Origin: Candidatus Pacearchaeota archaeon
Lineage (GTDB): Archaea > Nanobdellota > Nanobdellia > Pacearchaeales > GW2011-AR1
NCBI GenBank assembly: GCA_041660485.1
Contig: JBAZWF010000001.1
Location: 179,812-243,811, forward strand
Direction: 5' to 3'
DNA length: 64,000 nt
The notes beneath the pieces were generated by a model. That model had not been told where the DNA came from and searched no databases. It worked only from the letters and a program-made list of their open reading frames with translations. A program made the translations under genes and the position numbers. Below, in pieces: positions 1 through 9,807 of this stretch (position 1 is its first letter; the number at the start of each line of letters is the position of its first letter).

Positions 1-21
1 CCATAGACTAGCATCCCTGAG

Positions 22-177
22 TTTTGCAATAAAATCCAGTATTACAAAAGTTTAAAGTATTAACATCCTTTACTTTTGCAATAAAATCCAGTATTACAAA
101 AGTTCAAAGTACTAACGTCATTAACTTTTGAATCTAGAAAACCATAGATTACAAAAGTTTAAAAACAAAATTCATCT
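22..177. repeat. Three head-to-tail 52-bp tandem repeats (22-73, 74-125, 126-177), each with the imperfect palindrome TTTTGCAAT-N10-ATTACAAAA. A degenerate partial copy lies at 1-21.
   Basis: Direct reading: TTTTG starts at 22, 74 and 126. Units 1 and 2 are nearly identical. Unit 3 is diverged but keeps ATTACAAAAGTT. Confidence 0.85.
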
Positions 178-195
178 AATATAAGTAATAAAAAG

Positions 196-1032
196 ATGGC
201 TGAAAAAGAAAATAAAAGTTCTAAACCAAAGTCTAAGAAAGTAGGGGTTCCTAAGCTAAATTTAGAAAATGAAAGAGAAGTTGCTTCTGATTTTGGAGTT
301 AAGATATATAAAAAATTTGATAAAATAGTAAAAGCAGTAGTACTTTTCGGTTCATCAACAAAAAATACATCATTATCTACCTCAGATATTGATTTAGTAA
401 TTGTAATTGATGATGTTTCTGTAAAATGGGATCAAGAATTAATATCTTGGTATAGAGAAGAACTTGGAAAATTAGTTTCTGAAAATCTTTATAACAAAGA
501 ACTTCATTTAACAACTGTTAAACTTAGCACCTGGTGGAATGATTTAATGAAAGGTGACCCAGTTATAATAAATATGATTCGTTATGGAGAAGCAATAATT
601 GATATTGGAGGATTTTTTAATCCATTAAAAGTTCTTCTTGAACAAGGAAGAATAAAACCTACTCCTGAAGCAATTTATACTGCACTTGGCAGAGCTCCTG
701 AACATTTCAAAAGAAGTAAATATTCTGTTTTAGGTTCAATAGAAGGATTATTTTGGACAATGGTTGATTCTTCACAAGCAGCACTGATGGCACATAATGT
801 TTCTCCTCCTTCACCTGAACAAATTCCAGTTTTATTAAAAGAAACTTTTGTTGATAACAATAAATTAAAAATAGATTATGTAATCTGGTTCAGAGATCTT
901 TATACTCTTCACAGAAAAATTGTGCACGGAGATGTCACAAATATAAAGGGCGAAGACATCGACATATGGCAACAAAAAACAGAAGATTTTCTTGGAAAAA
1001 TGATTGGACTTGTTAAAGAAAGCTTAGGATAA
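196..1032 (+). CDS. Minimal nucleotidyltransferase (pol-beta superfamily) with a C-terminal helical HEPN-like region; paralog of 10339-12126
   Basis: Motif VVLFGSSTKNTSLSTSDIDLVIVIDD (GS...DxD). GRIKPTPEAI and the C-terminal block align by eye with GKIKPSPEAI of the 595-aa protein. Confidence 0.75.
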   Translation: MAEKENKSSKPKSKKVGVPKLNLENEREVASDFGVKIYKKFDKIVKAVVLFGSSTKNTSLSTSDIDLVIVIDDVSVKWDQELISWYREELGKLVSENLYNKELHLTTVKLSTWWNDLMKGDPVIINMIRYGEAIIDIGGFFNPLKVLLEQGRIKPTPEAIYTALGRAPEHFKRSKYSVLGSIEGLFWTMVDSSQAALMAHNVSPPSPEQIPVLLKETFVDNNKLKIDYVIWFRDLYTLHRKIVHGDVTNIKGEDIDIWQQKTEDFLGKMIGLVKESLG

Positions 1033-1112
1033 AAATATAATATTATAAAGAATATTAATATAAATCATTTAATATATACAATTAAATAAATTGCCCCTAA
1101 ATATAACTTATT

Positions 1113-1162
1113 AAAAATAAAGAGGGTTTTGCGAAAGCACAAACCAATATGATACATTTACT
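1113..1162. repeat. Copy A of a ~50-nt conserved hairpin element (GGTTTTGCG-loop-AGCAYAAACC + AATATGRTRCATTTA)
   Basis: Near-identical to 61061-61112 and, as reverse complement, to 43154-43203 and 43613-43660. Confidence 0.8.
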
Positions 1163-1317
1163 TGTTTAGTTTTGCAAAGTAAAACTGATTATATCTTATT
1201 AATAAATGCTGAACCTAAAGATTTTATATGATTATAATTTTATACTCTTATTAATTATTAATATAACTTTTGTAAAATTCGTCAAAGGGAGATATATTTA
1301 CTCAATGAGTAATAAAA

Positions 1318-2100
1318 TTACTTTTTAGATTTTTTAGCTTCTTCTTTAGCTTTTTCTATCATTCCAACGTAAACTTCTCCAATCATAGAATATGCTTTTG
1401 TCTTTTCATCTTCATTATATTTTGAAAGATTTTCAGCTACAAATGATTTAAAATATTCTGGATTAAGAGAATAACCTTTTTTTCCATCACGTTCAACTGC
1501 ATCTGAAAATGCAAACTGATATTTTTGTGCTTCAATTTGAAGGCGCTTTTTCATATATTCTTTAATTCTTTCAGTTCCTCTTATTTTTGCAAGTATATTT
1601 CTAACATATTTATTTTTTGCACTTTCAATATAAGCTTTTTCATCATATTTATCATTTTCAGGATTAACTATTTTTCTCCATTTATCAAGAGTCTTTTTTG
1701 CAACAACTCTCTTATTATGAGAATCATTTCCTTTAACTTCATAAGCTGGAAGTTCTCCTGCAAGTTCAATTAAAGCTTGAGGATTAAAGTTCATCATATC
1801 TTCTGCTATATTTGTATAATGAGGTTCAACTAGTGTTGCTAAATCTTTTTCAGCTTTCTTAGATAATTTAGGGATTTCTTTGTCAAATTCCTCAGCAAGT
1901 CGGTTTTCAGAAGTATCATAAATTAAAAGTTCTCTTTGTTCTGGGCTAACTTCCCCTTCACTAGAATCTAAAATTGCATTTATTAAATTAGGATTATATC
2001 TAAGAATTCCCTGTGAAAGACGTGATTTAGCATCTTTAAAGAGGCTAGATTTACCCACTCCTTCATATATTCCCTCAATTATTTTAGTTTCAAGTGTCAT
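1318..2100 (-). CDS. Hypothetical protein (260 aa, K/E-rich)
   Basis: Long ORF with genome-typical composition; no motif recognised. Confidence 0.6.
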   Translation of the reverse strand: MTLETKIIEGIYEGVGKSSLFKDAKSRLSQGILRYNPNLINAILDSSEGEVSPEQRELLIYDTSENRLAEEFDKEIPKLSKKAEKDLATLVEPHYTNIAEDMMNFNPQALIELAGELPAYEVKGNDSHNKRVVAKKTLDKWRKIVNPENDKYDEKAYIESAKNKYVRNILAKIRGTERIKEYMKKRLQIEAQKYQFAFSDAVERDGKKGYSLNPEYFKSFVAENLSKYNEDEKTKAYSMIGEVYVGMIEKAKEEAKKSKK

Positions 2101-2199
2101 AATTTTAGATATCTTTAAACTTTATAAATCTTTTGGTATTATCAACTTGATAGTAGTAACAAAGAAAAGGTTTAAAAAGGAGAAAGGAGAGGATAAGAG

Positions 2200-3261
2200 A
2201 TGAATAAAAAGTCATTTTTTAATGAGAGAGAAGCTGGAGAAATAAGAAATCTAGATGTTGAAAGAACTTATAATGCAAGAGGGCTTGTAAATAAAATTAT
2301 AGGTTTAAATCCAGATTGTGAAGCTGTTGAAATTAGATTTCCAATAACTCCTGGAAGATTTCTTGTTAAAGGATTAAATGGTGCAGAAGCATCAAGAAAA
2401 TGTTATAAACACGGAGATTTAATTGCATTAAGTCAGCCAGAATCACAGCAGGAAGCTTATAATTGTGTTAAAAGTGTGTTAGCAATAAGAGCAAGAGATT
2501 TTCATGAACAATTAGAATCAAGAAAAGAAGAAGATATTGATTTTGTTGGATATTCATTTAGACCGGTTCAGGGAAGAAATAGAGTTAAACGAGTTGTTCC
2601 GTTTGTTTGGTGTCCAGAAGCTGTTAGGTTATGGGGTTATGGTGAAAATATGACTAATGGAATAAATGTTAATGTTAAATACACTGATTCAAAGAAAGTT
2701 AAATATGAAGGTGGAGAAGTTCTTTGTGATGTTCCTTCAAGAACTAGAAAAGAATCAAGATATAAATTTAAACTTTTACATGTTCCAATAGATGGTTCAA
2801 CTGAAAGAAGTGCAATTGTCTGGGGTTTACAACCTGCTTTAGTTGTTGATGAAGAATCTGGAGAAATTAAAAGTAAAAGAATTCCTCATGACTTTTATAG
2901 AATTAAATATACAAAAGAAAATGATAGAGAAGGAAGCCAAAATATTGTTTTTTATCCTCATGATATTGCAGCATATATCGGAATAATTAAACAGCTTTAT
3001 TCAAGACATAATTTGACTCCTCTTGAAATGAATCCGTTTATGTTAGTTTCAAAAAAAGGAGCAGACTTTTATAAAAGAATTTGTAATAATGTTTTAATCT
3101 TTGACCCAACTTTAGAAAGCAAAGATAAACTTAGAAAATTGCATATTGATGAAAAGTCAATTCTTTTTGCAAGAGCAATCGGAGTTTTAGGGCATGATGA
3201 AATTGCATATTGGGATGCTGAAAGAGATGGAAAGTTGAAAGATTATAATTGGAGGATTTGA
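2200..3261 (+). CDS. Hypothetical protein, first gene of a 3-gene operon
   Basis: ORF preceded by AGGAGAAAGGAGAGG. Its stop lies 2 nt before the ATG of the next gene. No motif recognised. Confidence 0.7.
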   Translation: MNKKSFFNEREAGEIRNLDVERTYNARGLVNKIIGLNPDCEAVEIRFPITPGRFLVKGLNGAEASRKCYKHGDLIALSQPESQQEAYNCVKSVLAIRARDFHEQLESRKEEDIDFVGYSFRPVQGRNRVKRVVPFVWCPEAVRLWGYGENMTNGINVNVKYTDSKKVKYEGGEVLCDVPSRTRKESRYKFKLLHVPIDGSTERSAIVWGLQPALVVDEESGEIKSKRIPHDFYRIKYTKENDREGSQNIVFYPHDIAAYIGIIKQLYSRHNLTPLEMNPFMLVSKKGADFYKRICNNVLIFDPTLESKDKLRKLHIDEKSILFARAIGVLGHDEIAYWDAERDGKLKDYNWRI

Positions 3262-3263
3262 AA

Positions 3264-5276
3264 ATGGCAGAACAAATACAAATGGCAAGAGTTGTTGGAA
3301 CATTAAGAGAAGTTCTTAGAAAAAGATTAGAAGATAGGATTTTAGAAGTTATTGATGATCACGAAGAGATGTCTTTAGATTTTGAAGATGTTGAAAATAT
3401 TGCCTATGAAAATAATTTTACTGATATAATTGCTGGAATTGATGAAATTGATAGGCAAAATGGAAAAATTCAAAGGATAAGAGAGTTTGAAAGAGAGAGA
3501 AATAAACAAATAAGATCTGAAGAAAAAGAATTTGAAGAATATTTAATTTCTCATCCTGAAGAATTTAATAAATTTGAAGAAGGATTAAATGTCATGGACA
3601 ACCAGCAGGTAGTTAGATCTGGAAGATTAGATATTGTTGCTAGAGATAAAGAAGGAAAAAAAGCAAAAATTGAATTAAAGTCAAGAAATCAAGCTGCTAG
3701 ACATTATCATTTTCAGATTATGAAATATTTTAATGATAATCCTGAAGGTGATGAAAGAGTTATATTTCTTTCTAAATTAGATGATCCTGGGCTTAAAACA
3801 ATTGCATTTTCATTAGATGATTTTAGAAAACAAGGAAGAATAAAGTTTTTTGGTTATACTCAAAGTAATGGAGGGTATAATTATTTAGAAATTACTCCAG
3901 ATAATATTGAAAATCCAAAGCCAATTGATTGGGGAAAGGCAAAAAGAAAAAAAGATACTGATAAAATAAGGGTTGTAAGGAGAGCAGTTAGACAACCAGT
4001 TAGAAGAGAAGAAGATAAAACTCCTGAAGAAATTGAGTGGGATAAAGCGCCGTTATTTTACAAAGTTTTATTGTTTATTAAACCAGATTTAAAAAATAAA
4101 GAAAGATTTTTGCAATCTATTGAAGTAACTAAAAAACAGAAATCAGAATTAGAAAATTTAGTTTGTTCTGATAAATTTTCTTCTCAATTAATTGCTTTGA
4201 AGGAATATAGTGATATTCTCAATGGAAGATTTAACAATAGATTTCTTAGTGCAAGAGTTCATAAAATTATTGGATTTAATTTAACTAATAAAGCATCCAA
4301 ACAAGAAAATAAATATAGAGATAATTATAATAGTTTAAGAAAAGGATTTTATGAATTCCTTATAACTTTAGATTCTTCAAAAGAATTACCAATTGAAGAA
4401 TTAAAAGAAATAACTAAGAAAGTTAATACCTTGACAGGAAAAGTAAGATATTCTGATGAACATATTGTTAAATATAGACAATCATTAAGAGAAGTGATAA
4501 ATACCTATAGTGGACTAGAAAAAGAAATTGCTCATTATCTATTTATACATACTTGTCTTCCGGATCTTTATTTATTTAATTTATTTATTAAGTCTAAATT
4601 AGAAAGAACTAAGAAACTTGCTGAAATTGATTTAGATTTAGCAAAAATTTATTTAAAATTTAATTTAGGCACCATTGCTGCACTTAATGATATAAATTCA
4701 ATTGATGAAAAGGATAGAAATAATTTAGAGGTTATAAGAAACTTTGGAAAAGATAAACCGATATTAGTGGACGAGTATTATTTAGGAGTTTGTAATTTTG
4801 TAATAAATGATAATTTATTATATAAAAACATAATTGATAATTTAACAATATCTAAAATAAATGGATTTACCAATGGTGAAAGAATTCCTGCTGGGAGGAC
4901 TTTTCACCCAGCTGTTAAAATTGAAAAACCAATAGTTAGTGGACCTACAGCTTATCAAAAATTAGAACAAGCAATTCATATAAATGGTCATAGAGATTTG
5001 TTGACTAAAGATTCAAAACTTAGAATGAATTATTTTGTTGAAGATGTTAAAAATGCTGGTGTTAATGAAGATTATGTTAAGTCTATCGGAGAATCATTTA
5101 ATGGTTTTAATTTAGCTAAGAAATTACGTAAGAGAGAAAGTGTTCCAAGTGAAATTTCTGTAAGAAATTTCTTTGATGATGTTTATCTTAATTATGTTTT
5201 AAATAACAAAGTTCCAAGCCCTGAAGATTTAAATAGTCTTTATCAAAAAGATTGTGCAGTGGAGGAAGCTAAATAA
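3264..5276 (+). CDS. Large protein with an N-terminal NucS/DUF91- or Shedu(DUF4263)-like PD-(D/E)xK nuclease domain and a long helical C-terminal region
   Basis: EEYLISHPEEFNKFEEGLNVMDNQQVVRSGRLDIVARDKEGKKAKIELK (3621-3680 encodes GRLDIVARD...IELK). The ATG at 3264 sits 7 nt after GGAGGA; the track start at 3249 is a TTG. Confidence 0.7.
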   Translation: MAEQIQMARVVGTLREVLRKRLEDRILEVIDDHEEMSLDFEDVENIAYENNFTDIIAGIDEIDRQNGKIQRIREFERERNKQIRSEEKEFEEYLISHPEEFNKFEEGLNVMDNQQVVRSGRLDIVARDKEGKKAKIELKSRNQAARHYHFQIMKYFNDNPEGDERVIFLSKLDDPGLKTIAFSLDDFRKQGRIKFFGYTQSNGGYNYLEITPDNIENPKPIDWGKAKRKKDTDKIRVVRRAVRQPVRREEDKTPEEIEWDKAPLFYKVLLFIKPDLKNKERFLQSIEVTKKQKSELENLVCSDKFSSQLIALKEYSDILNGRFNNRFLSARVHKIIGFNLTNKASKQENKYRDNYNSLRKGFYEFLITLDSSKELPIEELKEITKKVNTLTGKVRYSDEHIVKYRQSLREVINTYSGLEKEIAHYLFIHTCLPDLYLFNLFIKSKLERTKKLAEIDLDLAKIYLKFNLGTIAALNDINSIDEKDRNNLEVIRNFGKDKPILVDEYYLGVCNFVINDNLLYKNIIDNLTISKINGFTNGERIPAGRTFHPAVKIEKPIVSGPTAYQKLEQAIHINGHRDLLTKDSKLRMNYFVEDVKNAGVNEDYVKSIGESFNGFNLAKKLRKRESVPSEISVRNFFDDVYLNYVLNNKVPSPEDLNSLYQKDCAVEEAK

Positions 5277-5277
5277 A

Positions 5278-6036
5278 ATGGGAATGAGAATGGGGATGGG
5301 ACTTTATCTTGTGCATTGTCAAAGACAATTGCTTAGCCAGAGCCAGAAACTTCAGCTAAAACAAATTATGATGCTGAAGCATGAGCTGGTTCATCCAGAG
5401 TTTCCTAATGCAAGCAAAGGATTTTCAGGAATGAGAATTGCGAATGCAATTCTTAAAGAAAGAGATTCTGTAGGATTATTAATTGGTGGGCTTGCTGAAG
5501 ATGTTTGGAATCAGAGAAGAAGTTTAGAAGAGCTTGCATCTCATAAAGATGTTGATGTAATGATATTAAATCCAGAATTTAAACTGGAAAAAAGATTTGA
5601 AGGTGGAATTGATTGGTGGATGCCATATAGCAAAAGATTGAAAGTTAGTGATGGATTTTTAGGTTATGATGCTAAAGTTTTTAACTGGAATGAAAATTTA
5701 AATGATGTTATCTTGCATTTTAATGTTAAAAAATCTTGTGATTTAAAACCCGGACTTTATATTGCTGGAAAAGAGTTTGTCGGAGCAATGAGAAAAGCAG
5801 AAATTGAAGGAAAAACAGAAAAAAATATTAAGTATGATGAAGAAGTTCTTGATAAATATGAAGAAAGAATAACTGGAAAAATGGGAAAAAGAGTTCCTAA
5901 ATATATTGAAAAAGAATTTGAAGGAAATATTCTTGATGCACCATATGATAATTCAAATAAATTTCCCATGTATTTTTCTGTTAGCCCGCTTGGATTAAAT
6001 GCAGTTGCTGAGATAAGGAAACAGAAGAGCGATTAA
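5278..6036 (+). CDS. Putative nucleotidyltransferase-fold protein, third gene of the operon
   Basis: LLIGGLAEDVWNQRRSLEELASHKDVDVMI resembles the GG-x(n)-DxD signature of Lnu/AbiEii-like NTases. The ATG is 1 nt after the upstream stop (the track start at 5254 is a GTG). Confidence 0.55.
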   Translation: MGMRMGMGLYLVHCQRQLLSQSQKLQLKQIMMLKHELVHPEFPNASKGFSGMRIANAILKERDSVGLLIGGLAEDVWNQRRSLEELASHKDVDVMILNPEFKLEKRFEGGIDWWMPYSKRLKVSDGFLGYDAKVFNWNENLNDVILHFNVKKSCDLKPGLYIAGKEFVGAMRKAEIEGKTEKNIKYDEEVLDKYEERITGKMGKRVPKYIEKEFEGNILDAPYDNSNKFPMYFSVSPLGLNAVAEIRKQKSD

Positions 6037-8705
6037 AAAATATCTAAAACTTTATTACCTTCTTCTTCAGTAATTTCTTCAAGAGATTCTGCTTGATTTT
6101 CTTCAATTTCTTCAACTATTGGAGCATCATATTCTTTAATTTCTTCAAGCTCATCAAACTCTCCGAAAAGCTGATGCATTGCACTTCTTTCTTCAGGAGT
6201 TGCCTCATCAGAACTTGCAGTATATGCCGGAACATGATTTTCATAACCTCTTTGTTCTTCCTCTTCTTCAACTTTCTTTTCAAGTTCTTCTTTTTTCCCC
6301 TCAATTCCTTCTGTTTTTGGAGCTTCTTCAACAGTAACATCTTCAGTTTCTACAAATTTTTCTTCTTTAATTTCTTCTTGTTTTATTTCTACAAGAGGTT
6401 TTGCTTTTACTTCTATTGCTGTTTCTTCATCTTTAGATTGATTTTTTTCAAGCTCTGCAACTAAAACAGAAACATCATGAGCAGCATCTGCATTTACAGA
6501 TATACTTGAAATTTTATTTTCAACTAAAAATTTAACCATATCACTATTACTTCCTGCTTGTCCGCATATGCTTGATTCTACACCTTCTTCATTACATGTT
6601 CTAATAACCCTTTTTATTGCATTTAACACAGCAGGATTTGTTTCATTATATAAATACTGAACTAATTCATTACCTCTATCAATTGCTAAAGTATATTGAG
6701 TTAAATCATTTGTTCCTAAACTTGCAAAATCAATTCCTACTTTTATTAAATCTTTAATTATAAGACAAGCAGCAGGTGTTTCAACCATTATTCCAAACTT
6801 ATAATTTTTAATTCCAGCTGCATCAACTAATTTTTTAGATTCTTTAACTTCTTCAGCAGAAATTATTTGAGGTAACATTATTCCAAATATTTTATCAGGA
6901 TATTTTTGAGAAGAAAGTCTCACTGCCTCTAATTCTGCTTTTAAAATCTCAGGGTTTTTAAGAGAAAATCTAACTCCGTGCATTCCTAACATTGGATTTA
7001 ATTCAATTTTTTTAGGAGCTCCTTCTAAATTGCTAAATTCATCTGTTCTAATATCAGAAGTTCTTATCCAAACTTCTTGGAAATGCTCTGCAATTTTAGA
7101 AATTCCCTGTTCTAAAACTTTTGAATATTCACTAAGCTTATCTTCTTTTTGATAAGCAATTGGATGTTTTCCAGAAGAAGCAATTATTCCTTCTAATCTT
7201 AATAAACCAACAGCAGAACATTTAGTTAGTGCAGCTCTTTCTGCAAATGCAGGCAAATCAACAATAACTTTTATTTTTGTTTTTGTTTCTATAACTGGCT
7301 TTATTTCAACTAACTTTGTTTCTGTAGCCCCTTCATAGACTTTTCCATTAAATCCATCGACTGTTACAATTTGTCCATCAACAAGTTTTTTTGTTGCTTC
7401 GCCAGTGCCTACAACAGCAGGAATACCCATTTCTCTGCTTACAATTGCTGCATGACTTGTTATTCCTCCTTCATCAGTTATAATTGCCGCAGAACGCTGC
7501 ATTGTTATAACCATATCAGGATTTGTCATTTCAGTTACAAGAACATCACCTTTCTGAACTCTATCTAATTGAGTTAAATCTTTAATTATTCTAACAGTTC
7601 CAGATGCAACTCCTTGAGAAGCACCTAAACCAGACAATAATAATTCTCCTTTAATTTCTTCTCCACCTTTCTTAGCTTGAGTTGTTATTGGACGAGTTTG
7701 AATAATATAAATTTCTCTGCTTTCAATTGAAAATTCAATATCCTGAGGTTTTCCATAATGCTCTTCAAGTCTTAAGGCATAATTTGCAAGACTTTTAATT
7801 TCACTTTCTTCAAGAACCTGATCTTTACTCCTTGTTGGAGAAAGTTTTACTTCTGAAGTATCTCCTTGAGAATCTCGTACAATTGCAATTTTTTTCTCAG
7901 AAATTTTTTTCTCAAGTAATTTTAATTCTCTTGAAACAATATAATTATCAGGATTAATTTTTCCTGAAACAATTCCTTCACCAAGTCCCCAAACAGCTTC
8001 AATCATTACATCATTATTTTCTTTAACAGGATTACTTGAAAATATAACTCCTGATTTATCAGAATCAATCATTTTTTGCACAACAACGGCTAATGCAAAT
8101 TTCTCCTTACTAAATCCACGTTTTTTTCTATAATAAATTGCTCGTGCTGTGAAGAGACTTGCAAGAACTTTTTTTACTGATTCTATCAATTGTTTATTTC
8201 CTTTAATATTAAGATAACTTTCTTGTTGTCCTGCAAAACTTGAATCATCTAAATCTTCAGTTGTTGCTGAACTTCTAACTGCAATAAAAACCGGTTCATT
8301 ACTATTTTTTAAAATACTCAAAGCATATTTGCTTGCTTTTTCTAAAGCTTGTTTATCAATACTTAAATTTTCATAAGCTTCTGTAATTTCTGTAGCCATA
8401 TCATCTGGCATCTCTGCACTAATAATTAATTCACGAATTTTCTTTGCTTTTGCTTCTAAATCTAAGGTATCATCAACATCAATGCTGTCAAGAATTCTAT
8501 ATAGTTCGTCTTTAATTCCACTCTTTTCAATAAATGCATAATAACCTTTTGTTGTTACAACAAATGCAGGAGGAACTGGAAATTTTGCATTAAACATTTC
8601 TGCAAGATTTGCTCCTTTGCCTCCAGCTACCGGTCCTGAATTCTTATTTAATTCAGAAAGCCATCGAATATACTCATTAGAACTTTTTCCACCTCTTTCT
8701 ACCAT
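6033..8705 (-). CDS. ppsA: Phosphoenolpyruvate synthase (pyruvate, water dikinase) with a ~140-aa acidic C-terminal extension
   Basis: N-terminal GGKGANLAEM, phosphohistidine motif GGITSHAAIVSREMGIPAVVG, and GTNDLTQYTLAIDRGN of the PEP-utilising barrel. Confidence 0.9.
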   Translation of the reverse strand: MVERGGKSSNEYIRWLSELNKNSGPVAGGKGANLAEMFNAKFPVPPAFVVTTKGYYAFIEKSGIKDELYRILDSIDVDDTLDLEAKAKKIRELIISAEMPDDMATEITEAYENLSIDKQALEKASKYALSILKNSNEPVFIAVRSSATTEDLDDSSFAGQQESYLNIKGNKQLIESVKKVLASLFTARAIYYRKKRGFSKEKFALAVVVQKMIDSDKSGVIFSSNPVKENNDVMIEAVWGLGEGIVSGKINPDNYIVSRELKLLEKKISEKKIAIVRDSQGDTSEVKLSPTRSKDQVLEESEIKSLANYALRLEEHYGKPQDIEFSIESREIYIIQTRPITTQAKKGGEEIKGELLLSGLGASQGVASGTVRIIKDLTQLDRVQKGDVLVTEMTNPDMVITMQRSAAIITDEGGITSHAAIVSREMGIPAVVGTGEATKKLVDGQIVTVDGFNGKVYEGATETKLVEIKPVIETKTKIKVIVDLPAFAERAALTKCSAVGLLRLEGIIASSGKHPIAYQKEDKLSEYSKVLEQGISKIAEHFQEVWIRTSDIRTDEFSNLEGAPKKIELNPMLGMHGVRFSLKNPEILKAELEAVRLSSQKYPDKIFGIMLPQIISAEEVKESKKLVDAAGIKNYKFGIMVETPAACLIIKDLIKVGIDFASLGTNDLTQYTLAIDRGNELVQYLYNETNPAVLNAIKRVIRTCNEEGVESSICGQAGSNSDMVKFLVENKISSISVNADAAHDVSVLVAELEKNQSKDEETAIEVKAKPLVEIKQEEIKEEKFVETEDVTVEEAPKTEGIEGKKEELEKKVEEEEEQRGYENHVPAYTASSDEATPEERSAMHQLFGEFDELEEIKEYDAPIVEEIEENQAESLEEITEEEGNKVLDIF

Positions 8706-8753
8706 AAAAGAAATAAATTACTAGTATTAATAAAGTTTGTTATAGAAGAATGC

Positions 8754-8957
8754 TTATTTCTTACTCTTATTTACTACATAAAGTGCAATACCTGCAATAA
8801 CAAAAAATACCCCAAACATAATACTTAAATAATTTTCAATTTCTCGCGGGCCAATAACTGCACCTATAATTGTTGTTTGAACATTAATTAAAAGAACAAT
8901 TCCTAATAAAACTGAAAGAATACTTTGGATTATAAAGAACCTATTTGAAAATTTCAT
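8754..8957 (-). CDS. Small membrane protein (67 aa, two hydrophobic helices)
   Basis: ORF with two TM-like segments; no homology recognised. Confidence 0.4.
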   Translation of the reverse strand: MKFSNRFFIIQSILSVLLGIVLLINVQTTIIGAVIGPREIENYLSIMFGVFFVIAGIALYVVNKSKK

Positions 8958-9251
8958 ATAATTAGATAATTTTGAAATATATAAATTTATGGAGGGGTAA
9001 AAATATTCGTAAGATTAAGTAAATAAATAGGTTATTATAAACTTTAACTAGGTAATAAATCTAGATGCAACATTAGATTTCTAATAATATTAAGTAAATG
9101 CATAATAGGATTTTTCCTCTGGAAAAATCTACCTAGTTTTTTATAAGTTTAATTGTAGATTAACAGAATATAATGAAGATTAGTAGGTTTACACAAATTA
9201 TAATTATATAATCTCTTTAAGTTAAATATTTTACAAAAAAGAAATTATTTT

Positions 9252-9806
9252 TTATTTAGAAACAACAATTTTTTCAACAACTGTTTTTACTTTACAGGGA
9301 AGTTTTGCTTTTATAGAATCAATAAGTAATCTTACGGTATGTAAAGATTTTTCTCCTGATAAAGCAATTAAATATATTTCTTGTCCAGGTTTTAACATTG
9401 CTGCACGCCCAATTGTTTTTCCAAATGCTTTACTCATTCCAGTCTGCATACGATCTGCTCCTGCACCAGTAAGCATCTTATTTTCTCTTAGAATATGATG
9501 AGGATGTGCTCTTACTTCAAAATAAAATTGATTAGGAATAGCTATTTCCATATTTCTTGATAATGATTGTCTTGCAGCTTCTAATGCATTATCTCTTATT
9601 TGAACAATTCTATTTTCTCCATTAATAATATGAATTACTGTATCATATTTATGATTATTAAAATTCTTTATAGGGCCCATATTAAACTTGCTTACTTTAT
9701 TTCCCGGACTAGCTTTAATAAAATTCTTTGTTCTTTTTTTTGAAACTCTAGTATAAGGTCTTGCATATCTTTTTGAATAAGCTCCTGCTTTTCTTAGTGC
9801 TACCAT
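9252..9806 (-). CDS. rpl10e: 50S ribosomal protein L10e (uL16)
   Basis: N-terminal RKAGAYSKRYARPYTRVSKK... and overall L10e-like sequence. Confidence 0.9.
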   Translation of the reverse strand: MVALRKAGAYSKRYARPYTRVSKKRTKNFIKASPGNKVSKFNMGPIKNFNNHKYDTVIHIINGENRIVQIRDNALEAARQSLSRNMEIAIPNQFYFEVRAHPHHILRENKMLTGAGADRMQTGMSKAFGKTIGRAAMLKPGQEIYLIALSGEKSLHTVRLLIDSIKAKLPCKVKTVVEKIVVSK

Positions 9807-9807
9807 T

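Noticed and set aside
1-190. Possible CRISPR array, because of repeated ~37-nt blocks
   Set aside because: The units are contiguous 52-bp tandem repeats. The variable part between conserved cores is only ~15 nt and is itself partly conserved. There are only three units and no cas genes.
1113-1200. C/D-box sRNA (ATGATAC ... CTGA) in copy A of the hairpin element
   Set aside because: The C-box match is imperfect, and the CTGA is absent from the other three copies, so it is not a conserved feature.
6093-6464. ORFs 6093-6464 (+) and 6116-6340 (-) inside the acidic tail region of ppsA
   Set aside because: These are low-complexity alternative-frame or antisense readings of the GAA-rich tail (Phe- or Lys-rich artefacts).
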